Below are positions 30,403 through 40,392 of a DNA stretch of 64,000 bases, in pieces. A program made the translations under genes and the position numbers. Each line of letters opens with the position of its first letter. Position 1 is the stretch's first letter. The notes beneath the pieces were generated by a model. The model ran no database searches. It was not told where the DNA came from and saw nothing but the letters and a program-made list of their open reading frames with translations. This DNA is from Halarcobacter sp. (lineage in GTDB: Bacteria > Campylobacterota > Campylobacteria > Campylobacterales > Arcobacteraceae): the NCBI GenBank assembly GCA_048571215.1, contig CP182352.1:32001-96000 (forward strand), given 5' to 3'.

Positions 30403-31125
30403 ATGAAAGAAAATATCTTAGAGTTTAAAAATGTAAATTTTTCATATGGTAAAAAAGAGGTTTTGAAAAATGTATCTTTTAATATTAAAGAGGGTAGCTT
30501 TTTTGTTCTTCTTGGATTGAATGGTGCTGGTAAATCAACGATTTTTTCCCTTATTACAAGACTTCTAAAATTGGAAGAGGGAGAGATTAATATCAATTCA
30601 AATCCGATAAAAAACTACTCAAAAGCTTTAAAAGATATTGGAATAGTTTTTCAAGAGCCAACCTTGGATTTGGATTTAAGTGTTAAGCAAAATCTTTATT
30701 ATTATGGGGCATTAAAAGGGCTTAGTTTTAAAAAAACTATGGAAAGTGTAAAAGATGAAATAGAAAAACTTGAACTTCAAAACCATTTAGATATCCCTGC
30801 AAGAAAGTTAAATGGTGGTCATAGAAGAAGGGTTGAAATTTTAAGAGCTTTGATAGATAAACCTAAATTACTACTTCTTGATGAAGCAACAGTTGGTTTA
30901 GATTTAAAAAGTAGATTTGATATATTGAAATATGTAAAAAGTTTGGTTAAAACTCAAAATATATCAGTGTTATGGATTACTCATCTTTTTGATGAGGTTG
31001 ATGAAGAGGATTTTGTAGCTTTGATAAAAACGGGAGAGATAATTGAACAAACTACAGTAAGTGAACTTTTATCAAAACATAAACAAGAGAATTTAGTTGA
31101 TACTTTCAACTATCTAACAAGGTAG
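30403..31125 (+). CDS. ABC ATP-binding protein of the PQQ-ADH system (PedB-like)
   Basis: GLNGAGKST, FQEPTLDLDLSV, LNGGHRRRVEI. Confidence 0.88.
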   Translation: MKENILEFKNVNFSYGKKEVLKNVSFNIKEGSFFVLLGLNGAGKSTIFSLITRLLKLEEGEININSNPIKNYSKALKDIGIVFQEPTLDLDLSVKQNLYYYGALKGLSFKKTMESVKDEIEKLELQNHLDIPARKLNGGHRRRVEILRALIDKPKLLLLDEATVGLDLKSRFDILKYVKSLVKTQNISVLWITHLFDEVDEEDFVALIKTGEIIEQTTVSELLSKHKQENLVDTFNYLTR

Positions 31126-31128
31126 ATT

Positions 31129-31911
31129 ATGAATATATATTTAAATTGTCTAAAAGGGATAATATACAAAGAATTAATAAGATTTTTAAAACAAAAAAGT
31201 AGATTCTTTTCAGCACTTGTAAGACCTTTGCTTTGGTTATTTATTTTTTCAGTAGGATTTAAAACTGCTTTAGGTTTAGCAATAATTCCTCCATATGAAA
31301 CCTATATCACTTATGAAACATATATAGTTCCAGGTCTTGTGGGGATGGTTTTGCTTTTTAATGGGATGCAAAGTTCTTTAACTATGATATTTGATAGAGA
31401 GATGGGAAGTATGAAAATACTTTTAGCATCTTATATAAATAGAAATTATCTTTTATTTTGTAAAATGTTTGCAACCTCTCTTGTCTCAACTATGCAGGCA
31501 CTAACTTTTTTAGTGATTGCAAAACTTTATGGAATTGATATCTCCATTATTGCTATTATTGCTACTATTCCAGTGATAATAATCTCTTCAATTGTTTTAA
31601 ATGCTTTTGCACTTTTTATCTCTTCTGTTATAAGACAGTTAGAAAACTTTGCAACAGTTATGAATTTTGTAATTTTTCCTATGTTTTTCTTAAGTTCAGC
31701 ACTTTATCCCCTTTGGAAAATAAAAGATTCTTCACTTATTTTATTTAACATCTCATCATCTAATCCTTTTACTTATATTGTAGAAGCTATTAGGTTCAGT
31801 TTGTATTTAAAAGTAGATGAAAAAAGCTTTATAATAGTTGGTATTTCCTTGGTTATAACCCTAGTTATGGCATTTTTAGGATTTAAATCTAAAAAAGTTA
31901 ATAATGGCTAA
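31129..31911 (+). CDS. ABC-2 permease of the PQQ-ADH system (PedC-like)
   Basis: SALVRPLLWL, IIPPYETYITYE, QLENFATVMNFVIFPMFFLSSALYPLW. Confidence 0.88.
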   Translation: MNIYLNCLKGIIYKELIRFLKQKSRFFSALVRPLLWLFIFSVGFKTALGLAIIPPYETYITYETYIVPGLVGMVLLFNGMQSSLTMIFDREMGSMKILLASYINRNYLLFCKMFATSLVSTMQALTFLVIAKLYGIDISIIAIIATIPVIIISSIVLNAFALFISSVIRQLENFATVMNFVIFPMFFLSSALYPLWKIKDSSLILFNISSSNPFTYIVEAIRFSLYLKVDEKSFIIVGISLVITLVMAFLGFKSKKVNNG

Positions 31912-31938
31912 ACTGAGGCTATAAACCTCATGTATACT
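31907..31938 (+). promoter_or_regulatory. Regulon promoter for the PQQ-ADH/pqq operon
   Basis: GCTAAACTGAGGCTATA (31907-31923), 9 nt, TATACT (31933-31938). Confidence 0.82.
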
Positions 31939-31988
31939 TTCGCTAAGACAAATTTTTAGTTTGTTATGAAATTAATTAAGGAGAAAAA

Positions 31989-33767
31989 ATGCTAAGCAAA
32001 AAACTACTAACTAGCGCAGTTGCCGTTACACTATCTGCACTAATTAGCGGGTGTGTTTCTACGAACAGCACAATGAATAGTAACATAAGTGAGGTTACAA
32101 AGCCCTCATATGCACCTGTTACATATGATGAAATCTTAAATGATGAGAAGTCTACAGAAGATGTTCTTACATATGGACATGGTCAAAAAGGACAAAGGTT
32201 CTCACCACTTACTCAAATTAATAAAGAGACAGTAAAAGATTTAGTTCCTGTATGGAATTTCTCTTTTGGTGGTGAAAAACAAAGAGGTCAAGAGTCTCAA
32301 CCACTTGTAAAAGATGGAGTTATGTATGTAACAGCTTCTTATTCAAGAATTTTTGCAATTGATATTGCAACTGGTGAAGAGCTTTGGCAATATGATTCAA
32401 GACTTCCAGCTGGAATCTTACCTTGTTGTGATGTAATCAACAGAGGTGCTGCACTTTATGATAATCTAGTGATTTTTGGAACACTAGATGCTAAGTTAGT
32501 AGCACTTGACAGAAAAACTGGAAAAGTTGTTTGGAAAAAGAAAGTAGCTGATTATAAAGAGGGATATTCAATTACAAATGCACCACTAATAGTAAAAGAC
32601 ATGGTTGTAACTGGTGTTGCTGGTGGTGAGTTTGGTATTGTTGGAAAAGTTGAAGCAAGAGATGCTAAAACTGGTGAAGTTGTTTGGACTAGACCAACAG
32701 TTGAAGGACATATGGGATACTTAAATGGTAAACCAAATGGTATTACAGGTGGACAAGTTGGTAAAACATGGCCAGGAGATATGTGGAAAAATGGTGGAGC
32801 TGCAACATGGCTTGGTGGAACATATGATCCTGAAACTGATTTGATTTTCTATGGAGCAGGAAACCCAGCACCTTGGAATTCACATACAAGACCAGGTGAT
32901 AACTTATACTCTTCTTCTAGACTTGCTATTAATCCAGATACGGGAAAAATTGTTTGGCATTTCCAAACAACTCCACACGATGGTTGGGATTTTGATGGTG
33001 TAAATGAGTTAGTTTCATTTAACAAAGATGGTAAAAAATTAGCAGGTACTGCTGATAGAAATGGTTTCTTCTATGTATTAAATAGAGAAAATGGTAAATT
33101 TATTACTGCTAATCCATTTGTTTCAAATATTACTTGGGCAAAAGGTATTGATAAAAATGGTAGACCAATCTATAATGATGCAAATAGACCAGGAAATCCA
33201 GATGGTGCTTCAAAAGGTAAATCAGTATTTGCTGTTCCTTCATTCTTAGGTGGTAAAAACTGGATGCCAATCTCATACTCTAAAAAGACACAGATGTTCT
33301 ATGTTCCTTCAAATGAGTGGGGAATGGATATTTGGAATCAACCAATTCATTATAAAAAAGGTGCAGCATATTTAGGTGCAGGATTTACAATCAAACCAAT
33401 TTTCGAAGATCATATTGGTTCACTTAAAGCAATTGATCCATTAACAGGTAAGATTAAATGGGAATATAAAAACCCAGCTCCATTATGGGCAGGGGTATTA
33501 ACTACTGCTGGTGGACTTGTATTTACAGGAACTCCTGAAGGTAAATTCTTAGCATTTGATGATGAAACTGGAAAAATCCTTTACAAATTTAATGCTGGTT
33601 CAGGAATCGTTTCTTCTCCAATTACTTGGGAGCAAAATGGTGAACAATATATCGCAATCGTATCTGGTTGGGGTGGAGCTGTTCCTTTATGGGGTGGAAA
33701 AGTTGCAAAACTTATTAAAAACATCAACCAAGGTGGAACTGTACACGTATTTAAACTACATAAATAA
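31989..33767 (+). CDS. pedH: Type I PQQ-dependent alcohol dehydrogenase, lanthanide-type (PedH/ExaF-like)
   Basis: [39 protein letters not shown] (D-x-D), [12 protein letters not shown]; no heme domain. Confidence 0.9.
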   Translation: MLSKKLLTSAVAVTLSALISGCVSTNSTMNSNISEVTKPSYAPVTYDEILNDEKSTEDVLTYGHGQKGQRFSPLTQINKETVKDLVPVWNFSFGGEKQRGQESQPLVKDGVMYVTASYSRIFAIDIATGEELWQYDSRLPAGILPCCDVINRGAALYDNLVIFGTLDAKLVALDRKTGKVVWKKKVADYKEGYSITNAPLIVKDMVVTGVAGGEFGIVGKVEARDAKTGEVVWTRPTVEGHMGYLNGKPNGITGGQVGKTWPGDMWKNGGAATWLGGTYDPETDLIFYGAGNPAPWNSHTRPGDNLYSSSRLAINPDTGKIVWHFQTTPHDGWDFDGVNELVSFNKDGKKLAGTADRNGFFYVLNRENGKFITANPFVSNITWAKGIDKNGRPIYNDANRPGNPDGASKGKSVFAVPSFLGGKNWMPISYSKKTQMFYVPSNEWGMDIWNQPIHYKKGAAYLGAGFTIKPIFEDHIGSLKAIDPLTGKIKWEYKNPAPLWAGVLTTAGGLVFTGTPEGKFLAFDDETGKILYKFNAGSGIVSSPITWEQNGEQYIAIVSGWGGAVPLWGGKVAKLIKNINQGGTVHVFKLHK

Positions 33768-33790
33768 ATCTTGAAAAGGAGGAAAATAAT

Positions 33791-33865
33791 ATGAAATGGG
33801 AAACACCTGCATTTATAGATAATAGATTTGGTTTTGAAGTTACAATGTACATTTGTCATGTATAA
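33791..33865 (+). CDS. pqqA: PQQ precursor peptide PqqA (not in the ORF track)
   Basis: MKWETPAFIDNRFGFEVTMYICHV*, E-x-x-x-Y motif, AGGAGG RBS, upstream of pqqB. Confidence 0.95.
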   Translation: MKWETPAFIDNRFGFEVTMYICHV

Positions 33866-33901
33866 GTGATACTTCATATTATAGTTTTAAATTTAAATAT
33901 T

Positions 33902-33969
33902 AAAAGTAAGTCAGATTTTTCTGACTTGCTTTTTATAAAAAGTTTAAAGGGAACTTTTTATAAAAAGCA
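33902..33969 (+). terminator. Two overlapping hairpins between pqqA and pqqB
   Basis: AAAAGTAAGTCAGA/TCTGACTTGCTTTT stem, and a perfect 18-bp inverted repeat at 33927-33944/33952-33969. Confidence 0.7.
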
Positions 33970-33982
33970 GATGGAGTAAAAG

Positions 33983-34900
33983 ATGAGAATACAAGTATTG
34001 GGTTCAAGTGCTGGTGGAGGACTTCCACAATTTAATTGTAATTGTGATAATTGCAAAGGTTATAGAGAAGGAAAAACAAGTATTAAAAAAAGAACTCAAA
34101 GTTCAATCACTATAAGTGAAGATGGAGAAAATTGGGTTTTATTTAATACTTCCCCAGATATTTTAGAACAAATTCATAACTCACCGTTTTTACAACCAAA
34201 AGATGCAAGACGCGAAACTAAAATAAAAGCTATAGTTTTTATAGATGCACAGATTGATCATACAACAGGGCTTTTGATGTTAAGGGAAGGTTGTCCCCAT
34301 GAAGTTTATTGTACAAAAGAGGTTCATGAGGAACTAAATACTTCATTTCCTTTATTTAAGATGCTTACTCACTGGGATGGTGGAGGAGTTAAATATAATG
34401 AGATTTCATTTAATAAACAACCATTTGAGATACCAGTTATGCCAAACTATGAGTTTTATGCAATGCCCTTAATCTCAAATGCACCACCATATTCAAAATA
34501 TAGAGATAAACCAAGAGTAGGGGATAATATTGGAGTTGTAGTTAAAAATAAAACTACAGGAAAAAAACTTTTTTATCTTCCAGGACTTGGAGTTGCGGAA
34601 CCTAGAATTATTCAAGAGATGAGTGAAGCAGATATTTTACTTGTTGATGGAACTTTATGGACAAATGATGAGATGATAAGAAATGGTTTTTCAACAAAAC
34701 TTGGTACTGATATGGGACATATCCCATTAAGTGGAGAGGATGGTCTTATAAAAATACTTGATGGTATGAGTAAACCAAGAAAAATACTAATACATATAAA
34801 TAATACAAATCCAATTTTGGATGAAACAAGTAAAGAATATGCCCAACTTATATCACATGGGATAGAAGTGTCTTACGATGGTATGAGTATAGAGATTTAA
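33983..34900 (+). CDS. pqqB: PQQ biosynthesis protein PqqB
   Basis: LGSSAGGGLPQFNCNCDNC, RTQSSI, QIDHTTGLLMLREG, LIHINNTNPIL. Confidence 0.96.
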   Translation: MRIQVLGSSAGGGLPQFNCNCDNCKGYREGKTSIKKRTQSSITISEDGENWVLFNTSPDILEQIHNSPFLQPKDARRETKIKAIVFIDAQIDHTTGLLMLREGCPHEVYCTKEVHEELNTSFPLFKMLTHWDGGGVKYNEISFNKQPFEIPVMPNYEFYAMPLISNAPPYSKYRDKPRVGDNIGVVVKNKTTGKKLFYLPGLGVAEPRIIQEMSEADILLVDGTLWTNDEMIRNGFSTKLGTDMGHIPLSGEDGLIKILDGMSKPRKILIHINNTNPILDETSKEYAQLISHGIEVSYDGMSIEI

Positions 34901-34925
34901 TAAAGAAGATAAAAAAGGAAATATC

Positions 34926-35222
34926 ATGAAAAATATAGTGATTGTAGCTAACGTTAAAGTAAAAGATGGATTTAAAGATGAAGTTTATTCTGAACTTTTA
35001 AAATTACATGAAGCAACTCACAAATATGATGAGGGGTGTATTCAATACGATTTGCACAAAAACTTAGATGATGAAAATAGTTTTACTTTTGTAGAAACTT
35101 GGCAAAATGCAAATCTTTTAGAAGAGCATATGAAAAAAGAACATTTTTTACAATTTGCTCAATCTGTAGATGGTAAATTAGAAAATTTGGATATACAAAA
35201 ATTAGAAAAAGTTAATTTATAA
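34926..35222 (+). CDS. ABM-family (putative quinol) monooxygenase
   Basis: DEGCIQYDLH, FTFVETW, LEEHMKKEHF. Confidence 0.85.
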   Translation: MKNIVIVANVKVKDGFKDEVYSELLKLHEATHKYDEGCIQYDLHKNLDDENSFTFVETWQNANLLEEHMKKEHFLQFAQSVDGKLENLDIQKLEKVNL

Positions 35223-35234
35223 AAGGAGAAGAAA

Positions 35235-35990
35235 ATGACAAAAAGAATGGATAGATTATTATCAAAAGAAGAGTTTGAAGCAAAACTAAGAGGTATGGGT
35301 GAGATGTACCATATTCATCATCCTTTCCATATAAGAATGTATGAAGGTACTTGTACTAAAGAGGAGATTAAAGGTTGGGTTGCAAATAGATTTTATTATC
35401 AAACAGCAATTCCAATTAAAGATGCAGCAATTATGTCAAATAACCCACCACTAGAAGATAGAAGAAAGTGGATTGATAGAATTATAGACCATGATAGTGT
35501 AGGTGGTGGAATAGAGGCTTGGTTAGAACTTGGTGAAGCTGTAGGACTAGATAAAGAGGATTTGATTTCTCACAAATATGTATTACCAGCGGTTAAGTTT
35601 GCAGTTGATGCTTATGTAAATTTTGCAAAACAATCTCCATGGAAAGAATCTGCAATGTCTTCATTAACTGAGATGTTTGCACCACAAATTCACCAACAAA
35701 GACTTGATACTTGGCCTAAAAACTACCCTTGGATAGAACAAAAAGGTTTAAGATATTTTCAAAAAAGATTAACAGAAGCAAGAAGAGATGTACAACATGG
35801 TTTGGCTTTAACTTTAGAAGAGTTTAATACTGTTGAACTACAAAATAGAGCTTGCGAAATTTTACAGTTTAAACTTGATATATTATGGGTTATGGTTGAT
35901 GCTTTATATTTAGCTTATGAGCTTAAAAGACCACCATATTTTAATATAAAGGGTTGTAATGCAACTAGAAAAATCACTTGTAGTGAATAA
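35235..35990 (+). CDS. pqqC: Pyrroloquinoline-quinone synthase PqqC
   Basis: [44 protein letters not shown]. Confidence 0.96.
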   Translation: MTKRMDRLLSKEEFEAKLRGMGEMYHIHHPFHIRMYEGTCTKEEIKGWVANRFYYQTAIPIKDAAIMSNNPPLEDRRKWIDRIIDHDSVGGGIEAWLELGEAVGLDKEDLISHKYVLPAVKFAVDAYVNFAKQSPWKESAMSSLTEMFAPQIHQQRLDTWPKNYPWIEQKGLRYFQKRLTEARRDVQHGLALTLEEFNTVELQNRACEILQFKLDILWVMVDALYLAYELKRPPYFNIKGCNATRKITCSE

Positions 35991-36228
35991 TCACTTCCAA
36001 TTACAATATGAAGATGCCCAAGAGTGTTTTGTTTTACTCTATCCAGAAGGGATGGTTCAACTAAATCAAAGTGCAGGTGAAATAATGAATCTATGTGATG
36101 GGAAAAACTCTTGTTTAGATATTGCTAAAATATTGGAAGAAAAGTTTAATATGAGTGATTTAAAAAAAGATGTGGAGGCTTTTTTAATTGAGGCCTTAGA
36201 GCGTAAGTGGGTGATGTATGAAAACTGA
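35959..36228 (+). CDS. pqqD: PqqA-binding chaperone PqqD
   Basis: [19 protein letters not shown]. Confidence 0.94.
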   Translation: MQLEKSLVVNNHFQLQYEDAQECFVLLYPEGMVQLNQSAGEIMNLCDGKNSCLDIAKILEEKFNMSDLKKDVEAFLIEALERKWVMYEN

Positions 36229-37330
36229 TATTAAACCACCTCTTTGGATGCTTTTAGAGTTGACTCATAAGTGTCCTTTGGAGTGTTCATATTGCTACAA
36301 CCAACTAGATTTTGCTAATACAAAAGATAGTATGAGTAAAGAAGATTGGTTTAGGGTTTTAGAAGAAGCACGGGCTATGGGTGCAGTTCAATTAGGACTC
36401 TCTGGAGGTGAGCCTCTTTTAAATAAAGACATTTTAGAGATTGTAAAAAAAGCTAGTGATTTAAAGTTTTATACAAATCTTATAACCTCAGGAGTTGGGG
36501 CTGATTTATCAATAGTTCCAAAACTAAAAGAGGCAGGATTAAAAACTGTGCAACTTGGGATTCAATCCCACGATGCAAATACAACTGCCCTTATTACAAA
36601 TAATAAAAATGCCCAAGCAGATAAAATAGCTTTTGCAAAAGCTTGTAAAGATAATGGTTTACAACTTATTGTAAACTCATGTATCACTAGACAAAATATT
36701 CATCAAATTGGTGAGATAATTGAGTTTGCTGATTCAATTGGTGCAAACTATTTAGAAGTGGCAAATATACAATATTATGGTTGGGCATTAGAAAATATAA
36801 ATGCCCTTTTACCAACACAAGAGCAACTAACAAAAGCAAAAGAGATTGTGGATTATTACAGGGAAAAAAGAAAAGATATGAAAGTGTTTTTTGTAGTTCC
36901 AGATTATTTTGCAACTAGACCAAAGGCATGTATGAATGGTTGGGGAACTACCTTTTTAACTATCAATCCAGATGGTTTAGCACTTCCATGTAATACAGCA
37001 AATACTTTGCCTTTAGAGTTTCCAAATGTAAAAGAGTATAGTGTAGCCCAAATATGGAATGATTCTGAAGCCTTTAACTTCTTTAGAGGTGATAAGTGGA
37101 TGAAAGAACCTTGTAGAACTTGTCCTGAAAAAGAGGCAGATTTTGGTGGATGTAGATGTCAAGCATATGCTTTAACAAAAGATATGAATGAAGCTGATCC
37201 TGTTTGTGATAAATCAAGTTATCATAATGTGGTTTTAGATAAAGTTGAAACGGCTTTAAAATCTACAAACAAACCAATTTATAGAAATAAACAAAATTCA
37301 TTAATATTTTCTAACAAAACAAGAGTATAA
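36218..37330 (+). CDS. pqqE: PqqA peptide cyclase PqqE (radical SAM-SPASM)
   Basis: ELTHKCPLECSYC, PKACMNGWG, DFGGCRCQA. Confidence 0.96.
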   Translation: MKTDIKPPLWMLLELTHKCPLECSYCYNQLDFANTKDSMSKEDWFRVLEEARAMGAVQLGLSGGEPLLNKDILEIVKKASDLKFYTNLITSGVGADLSIVPKLKEAGLKTVQLGIQSHDANTTALITNNKNAQADKIAFAKACKDNGLQLIVNSCITRQNIHQIGEIIEFADSIGANYLEVANIQYYGWALENINALLPTQEQLTKAKEIVDYYREKRKDMKVFFVVPDYFATRPKACMNGWGTTFLTINPDGLALPCNTANTLPLEFPNVKEYSVAQIWNDSEAFNFFRGDKWMKEPCRTCPEKEADFGGCRCQAYALTKDMNEADPVCDKSSYHNVVLDKVETALKSTNKPIYRNKQNSLIFSNKTRV

Positions 37331-37411
37331 ATTTTCTAATTTATACAAAAATATAGGAAAAAAAGGGTATATATTATATTAAAAATTTAGAAATTGTAAA
37401 ATGAGATATTA

Positions 37412-39037
37412 ATGAAAAATAATATATTCGCAGGTTTAACAGTAGGAATAATTGCCTTGCCTTTATCCATGGCATTGGCAATAGCCATTGGTGTCCCTCC
37501 ACAAAATGGGCTTTATACAGCTATAATAGCAGGAATTATTGCCTCAATATTTGGTAGTAGCAAGATAAATATTTCAGGACCAACAGCTGCCTTTGTTGTT
37601 ATTTTAATTCCAATAGTTCAAGAGTTTGGACTTTCAGGACTTTTACTTTGTGGTCTTATGTCAGGATTTATTCTTTTATTGATGGGGATTTTTAAACTTG
37701 GAAATTTAATAGAATTAATTCCTTATCCTGTTACTGTTGGATTTACAACTGGTATAGCTGTAGTTATTGCAACTTTTCAAATAAAAGATTTTTTTGGCTT
37801 AAATATAGAACACTTTACAGGACATTTTCATCAAAAAGTTTATACTTTAATCTCTTCATTCCCAAGCTTTAAATTAAGTGAATTAACTGTTGGTCTGGCA
37901 ACTTTGTTTATTTTAATTCTTTGGCCAAAAACGAAAAGTAAAATACCAGCAGCATTAATTGCCTTATCTATTGTTACAATTTGTGTTTATTATTATAATA
38001 ATAATTTAGATCCAAATTTACAAATATCGACAATATATTCTAGTTTTGAGTATCAAGTAGGAGAGATGACCGGTAAGGGTATTCCTCCAATTCCTTTACA
38101 ATTTACTCTTCCTTGGAGTGGATATTCAATTGATGATATAAATCTTGATATGTTTTATAAACTTCTTCCCCATAGTGTAGCCATTGCAATTTTAGGTGCC
38201 TTGGAATCACTATTATGTGCTGTTATTTCTGATGGTATGACAGGGAATAGAACAAATCCAAATAAAGAACTAATAGGTCAAGGTTTAGCAAATGTTTTTG
38301 TTCCTTTTTTTGGAGGAATACCAGCAACCGCTGCTATTGCAAGAACAGTTGTAAATATCAAAGGTGGAGCAAATTCAAAGATTTCATCAGTAGTTCATTC
38401 TATTTTTATTTTATTATCTATTGTATTTTTAGCTCCTTTTTTATCATATTTGCCCATGGCATCACTTTCAGCATTGCTATTAATTGTTGCGTGGAATATG
38501 TCTGAGGTTAAACACTTTGTAAATATTTTAAAAGTTGCCCCAAAACATGATGTTTATGTTTTACTTACATGTTTTATTTTAACTGTATTACTTGATATGC
38601 AAATTGCAGTTGGTGTTGGTATGGGATTGGCTTCAATATTATTTATTAAAAGAACTATTGATTTATATTCAATAAATTTAGTGAATAATAAACACTCTTT
38701 AAGACACCCAAATTTACCTGAACATATTGCAATATATGATATTAATGGTCCCATGTTTTTTGGAGCAGCACAAAATGCACTTAGAGTTTTGGTGGATACA
38801 AAAGATAATATAAAAATAGTAATATTAAATTTAGAGCATGTAACGATGATGGATATGACAGCACTTGTTGCCTTTAAATCGATAATTAATAATTTTGAAA
38901 GAAATAATAAAAATTTGGTAATAACAGGTGTCAATAATAGAATTACTAAAAAATTTAAAAAGTTTGGAATAAAGTTTGATGATGATAAATTAAAAATTAG
39001 AAGTGATATAAATTTAGCGTTGGATGAATTAGAATAA
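37412..39037 (+). CDS. SulP/SLC26 anion transporter with STAS domain (DauA-like)
   Basis: ALPLSMALAIA, SGPTAAF, LESLLCAVISD, PATAAIART, GPMFFGAA. Confidence 0.88.
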   Translation: MKNNIFAGLTVGIIALPLSMALAIAIGVPPQNGLYTAIIAGIIASIFGSSKINISGPTAAFVVILIPIVQEFGLSGLLLCGLMSGFILLLMGIFKLGNLIELIPYPVTVGFTTGIAVVIATFQIKDFFGLNIEHFTGHFHQKVYTLISSFPSFKLSELTVGLATLFILILWPKTKSKIPAALIALSIVTICVYYYNNNLDPNLQISTIYSSFEYQVGEMTGKGIPPIPLQFTLPWSGYSIDDINLDMFYKLLPHSVAIAILGALESLLCAVISDGMTGNRTNPNKELIGQGLANVFVPFFGGIPATAAIARTVVNIKGGANSKISSVVHSIFILLSIVFLAPFLSYLPMASLSALLLIVAWNMSEVKHFVNILKVAPKHDVYVLLTCFILTVLLDMQIAVGVGMGLASILFIKRTIDLYSINLVNNKHSLRHPNLPEHIAIYDINGPMFFGAAQNALRVLVDTKDNIKIVILNLEHVTMMDMTALVAFKSIINNFERNNKNLVITGVNNRITKKFKKFGIKFDDDKLKIRSDINLALDELE

Positions 39038-39053
39038 ATTTAATTTAAATTTA

Positions 39054-40382
39054 GGGAGTGTTAGAAAATCTGTGTCAGTCTGATATAATAAATATTATAA
39101 GGATTGATATAGATGGAAAAGAAAAAACAATTTGATTTTAATGAAGCTGTACAAGATTTACTTGCAGGTAAAAATATCAATGGTAAAGATGGAGTACTTG
39201 CTCCATTAGTAAAACAATTAGTTGAAGCTGCTTTAGAAGCAGAATTAGATTCTCATATAACTCAAGATGTATTTGCAGGAAATAAAAATAGAAAGAATGG
39301 TAAAAGCTCTAAAACAATAAAATCAACAAGTGGTTCCTTTGAATTGAATACTCCAAGAGATAGAACAGGTTCTTTTGAACCACAACTTGTAAAGAAAAAC
39401 CAAACAACAATGTCTAATGAAATAGAAGAAAAGATATTATCTATGTATGGCTTAGGATTAAGCTATAGAGATATTATAAAACATATTGAAGAGATATATC
39501 AAATACAATTATCAAGTGCAACAATAAGCACTATTACAGATAAAATTATAGATAAGGTAAAAGCTTGGCAAAGTAGACCTTTAGAAGCTATTTATCCATT
39601 TGTATGGCTTGATGCGATACATTATAAAATAAAAGATGGTGGGAAGTATGTGAGTAAAGCAGTTTACACAGTTTTAGGGATGGGAATTGATGGTAAAAAA
39701 GATATATTAGGATTATATTTATCCCAAAGTGAAGGAGCAAACTTCTGGCTTAGTGTTCTTACTGATTTAAATAATAGAGGATTAGAAGATATACTAATTG
39801 CATCAGTAGATGGTCTTAAAGGCTTTCCTGAAGCTATTAAAACAATATATCCAAATACCGAAGTACAACTTTGTGTTGTACATCAAATTCGTAATTCATT
39901 GAAGTATGTAGCTTCTAAAGACCAAAAAGAGTTTATGAGAGATTTAAAACTTGTTTATCAAGCAACAACAAAAGAACTTGCAGAAGATGAGCTTTTAAAA
40001 CTAGATGAAAAATGGGGAAAAGATATCCCATAGTACTTCAATCTTGGCAAAATAAATGGGAGAATTTATCTTATTATTTTAAATATCCAAAAGAGATAAG
40101 AAAGATTATGTACACTACAAATATTATTGAATCTGTACATAGGCAATTTAGAAAATTAACCAAAACAAAAGGAGCTTTCCCTAATGAGAATTCACTTTTA
40201 AAATTGTTGTATATGGGAATATTAAATGCAAAAGTAAAATGGACTCAGCCAGTGCATAATTGGAGTTTAACAATCTCCCAACTTGCTATATTTTTCGAAG
40301 GGAGATTGGATAATTATTTAGAGTTGTAACAAGTATGGATTTGTTACTTTAGGTGACTTGACACAGATTTTTGAACGGTCTC
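39054..40382 (+). mobile_element. IS256-family insertion sequence, 1329 bp
   Basis: Imperfect 24-bp terminal inverted repeats (39054-39077 and 40359-40382, 19/24 match); 8-bp duplication TAAATTTA at 39046-39053 and 40383-40390. Confidence 0.93.
39113..40329 (+). pseudogene. IS256 transposase split by a one-base frameshift
   Basis: PRDR, WLDA, DGLKG, QLCVVHQIRNS in ORF1; YTTNIIES in ORF2; frames switch at GGGGAAAA 40014-40021. Confidence 0.88.
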
Positions 40383-40392
40383 TAAATTTATT

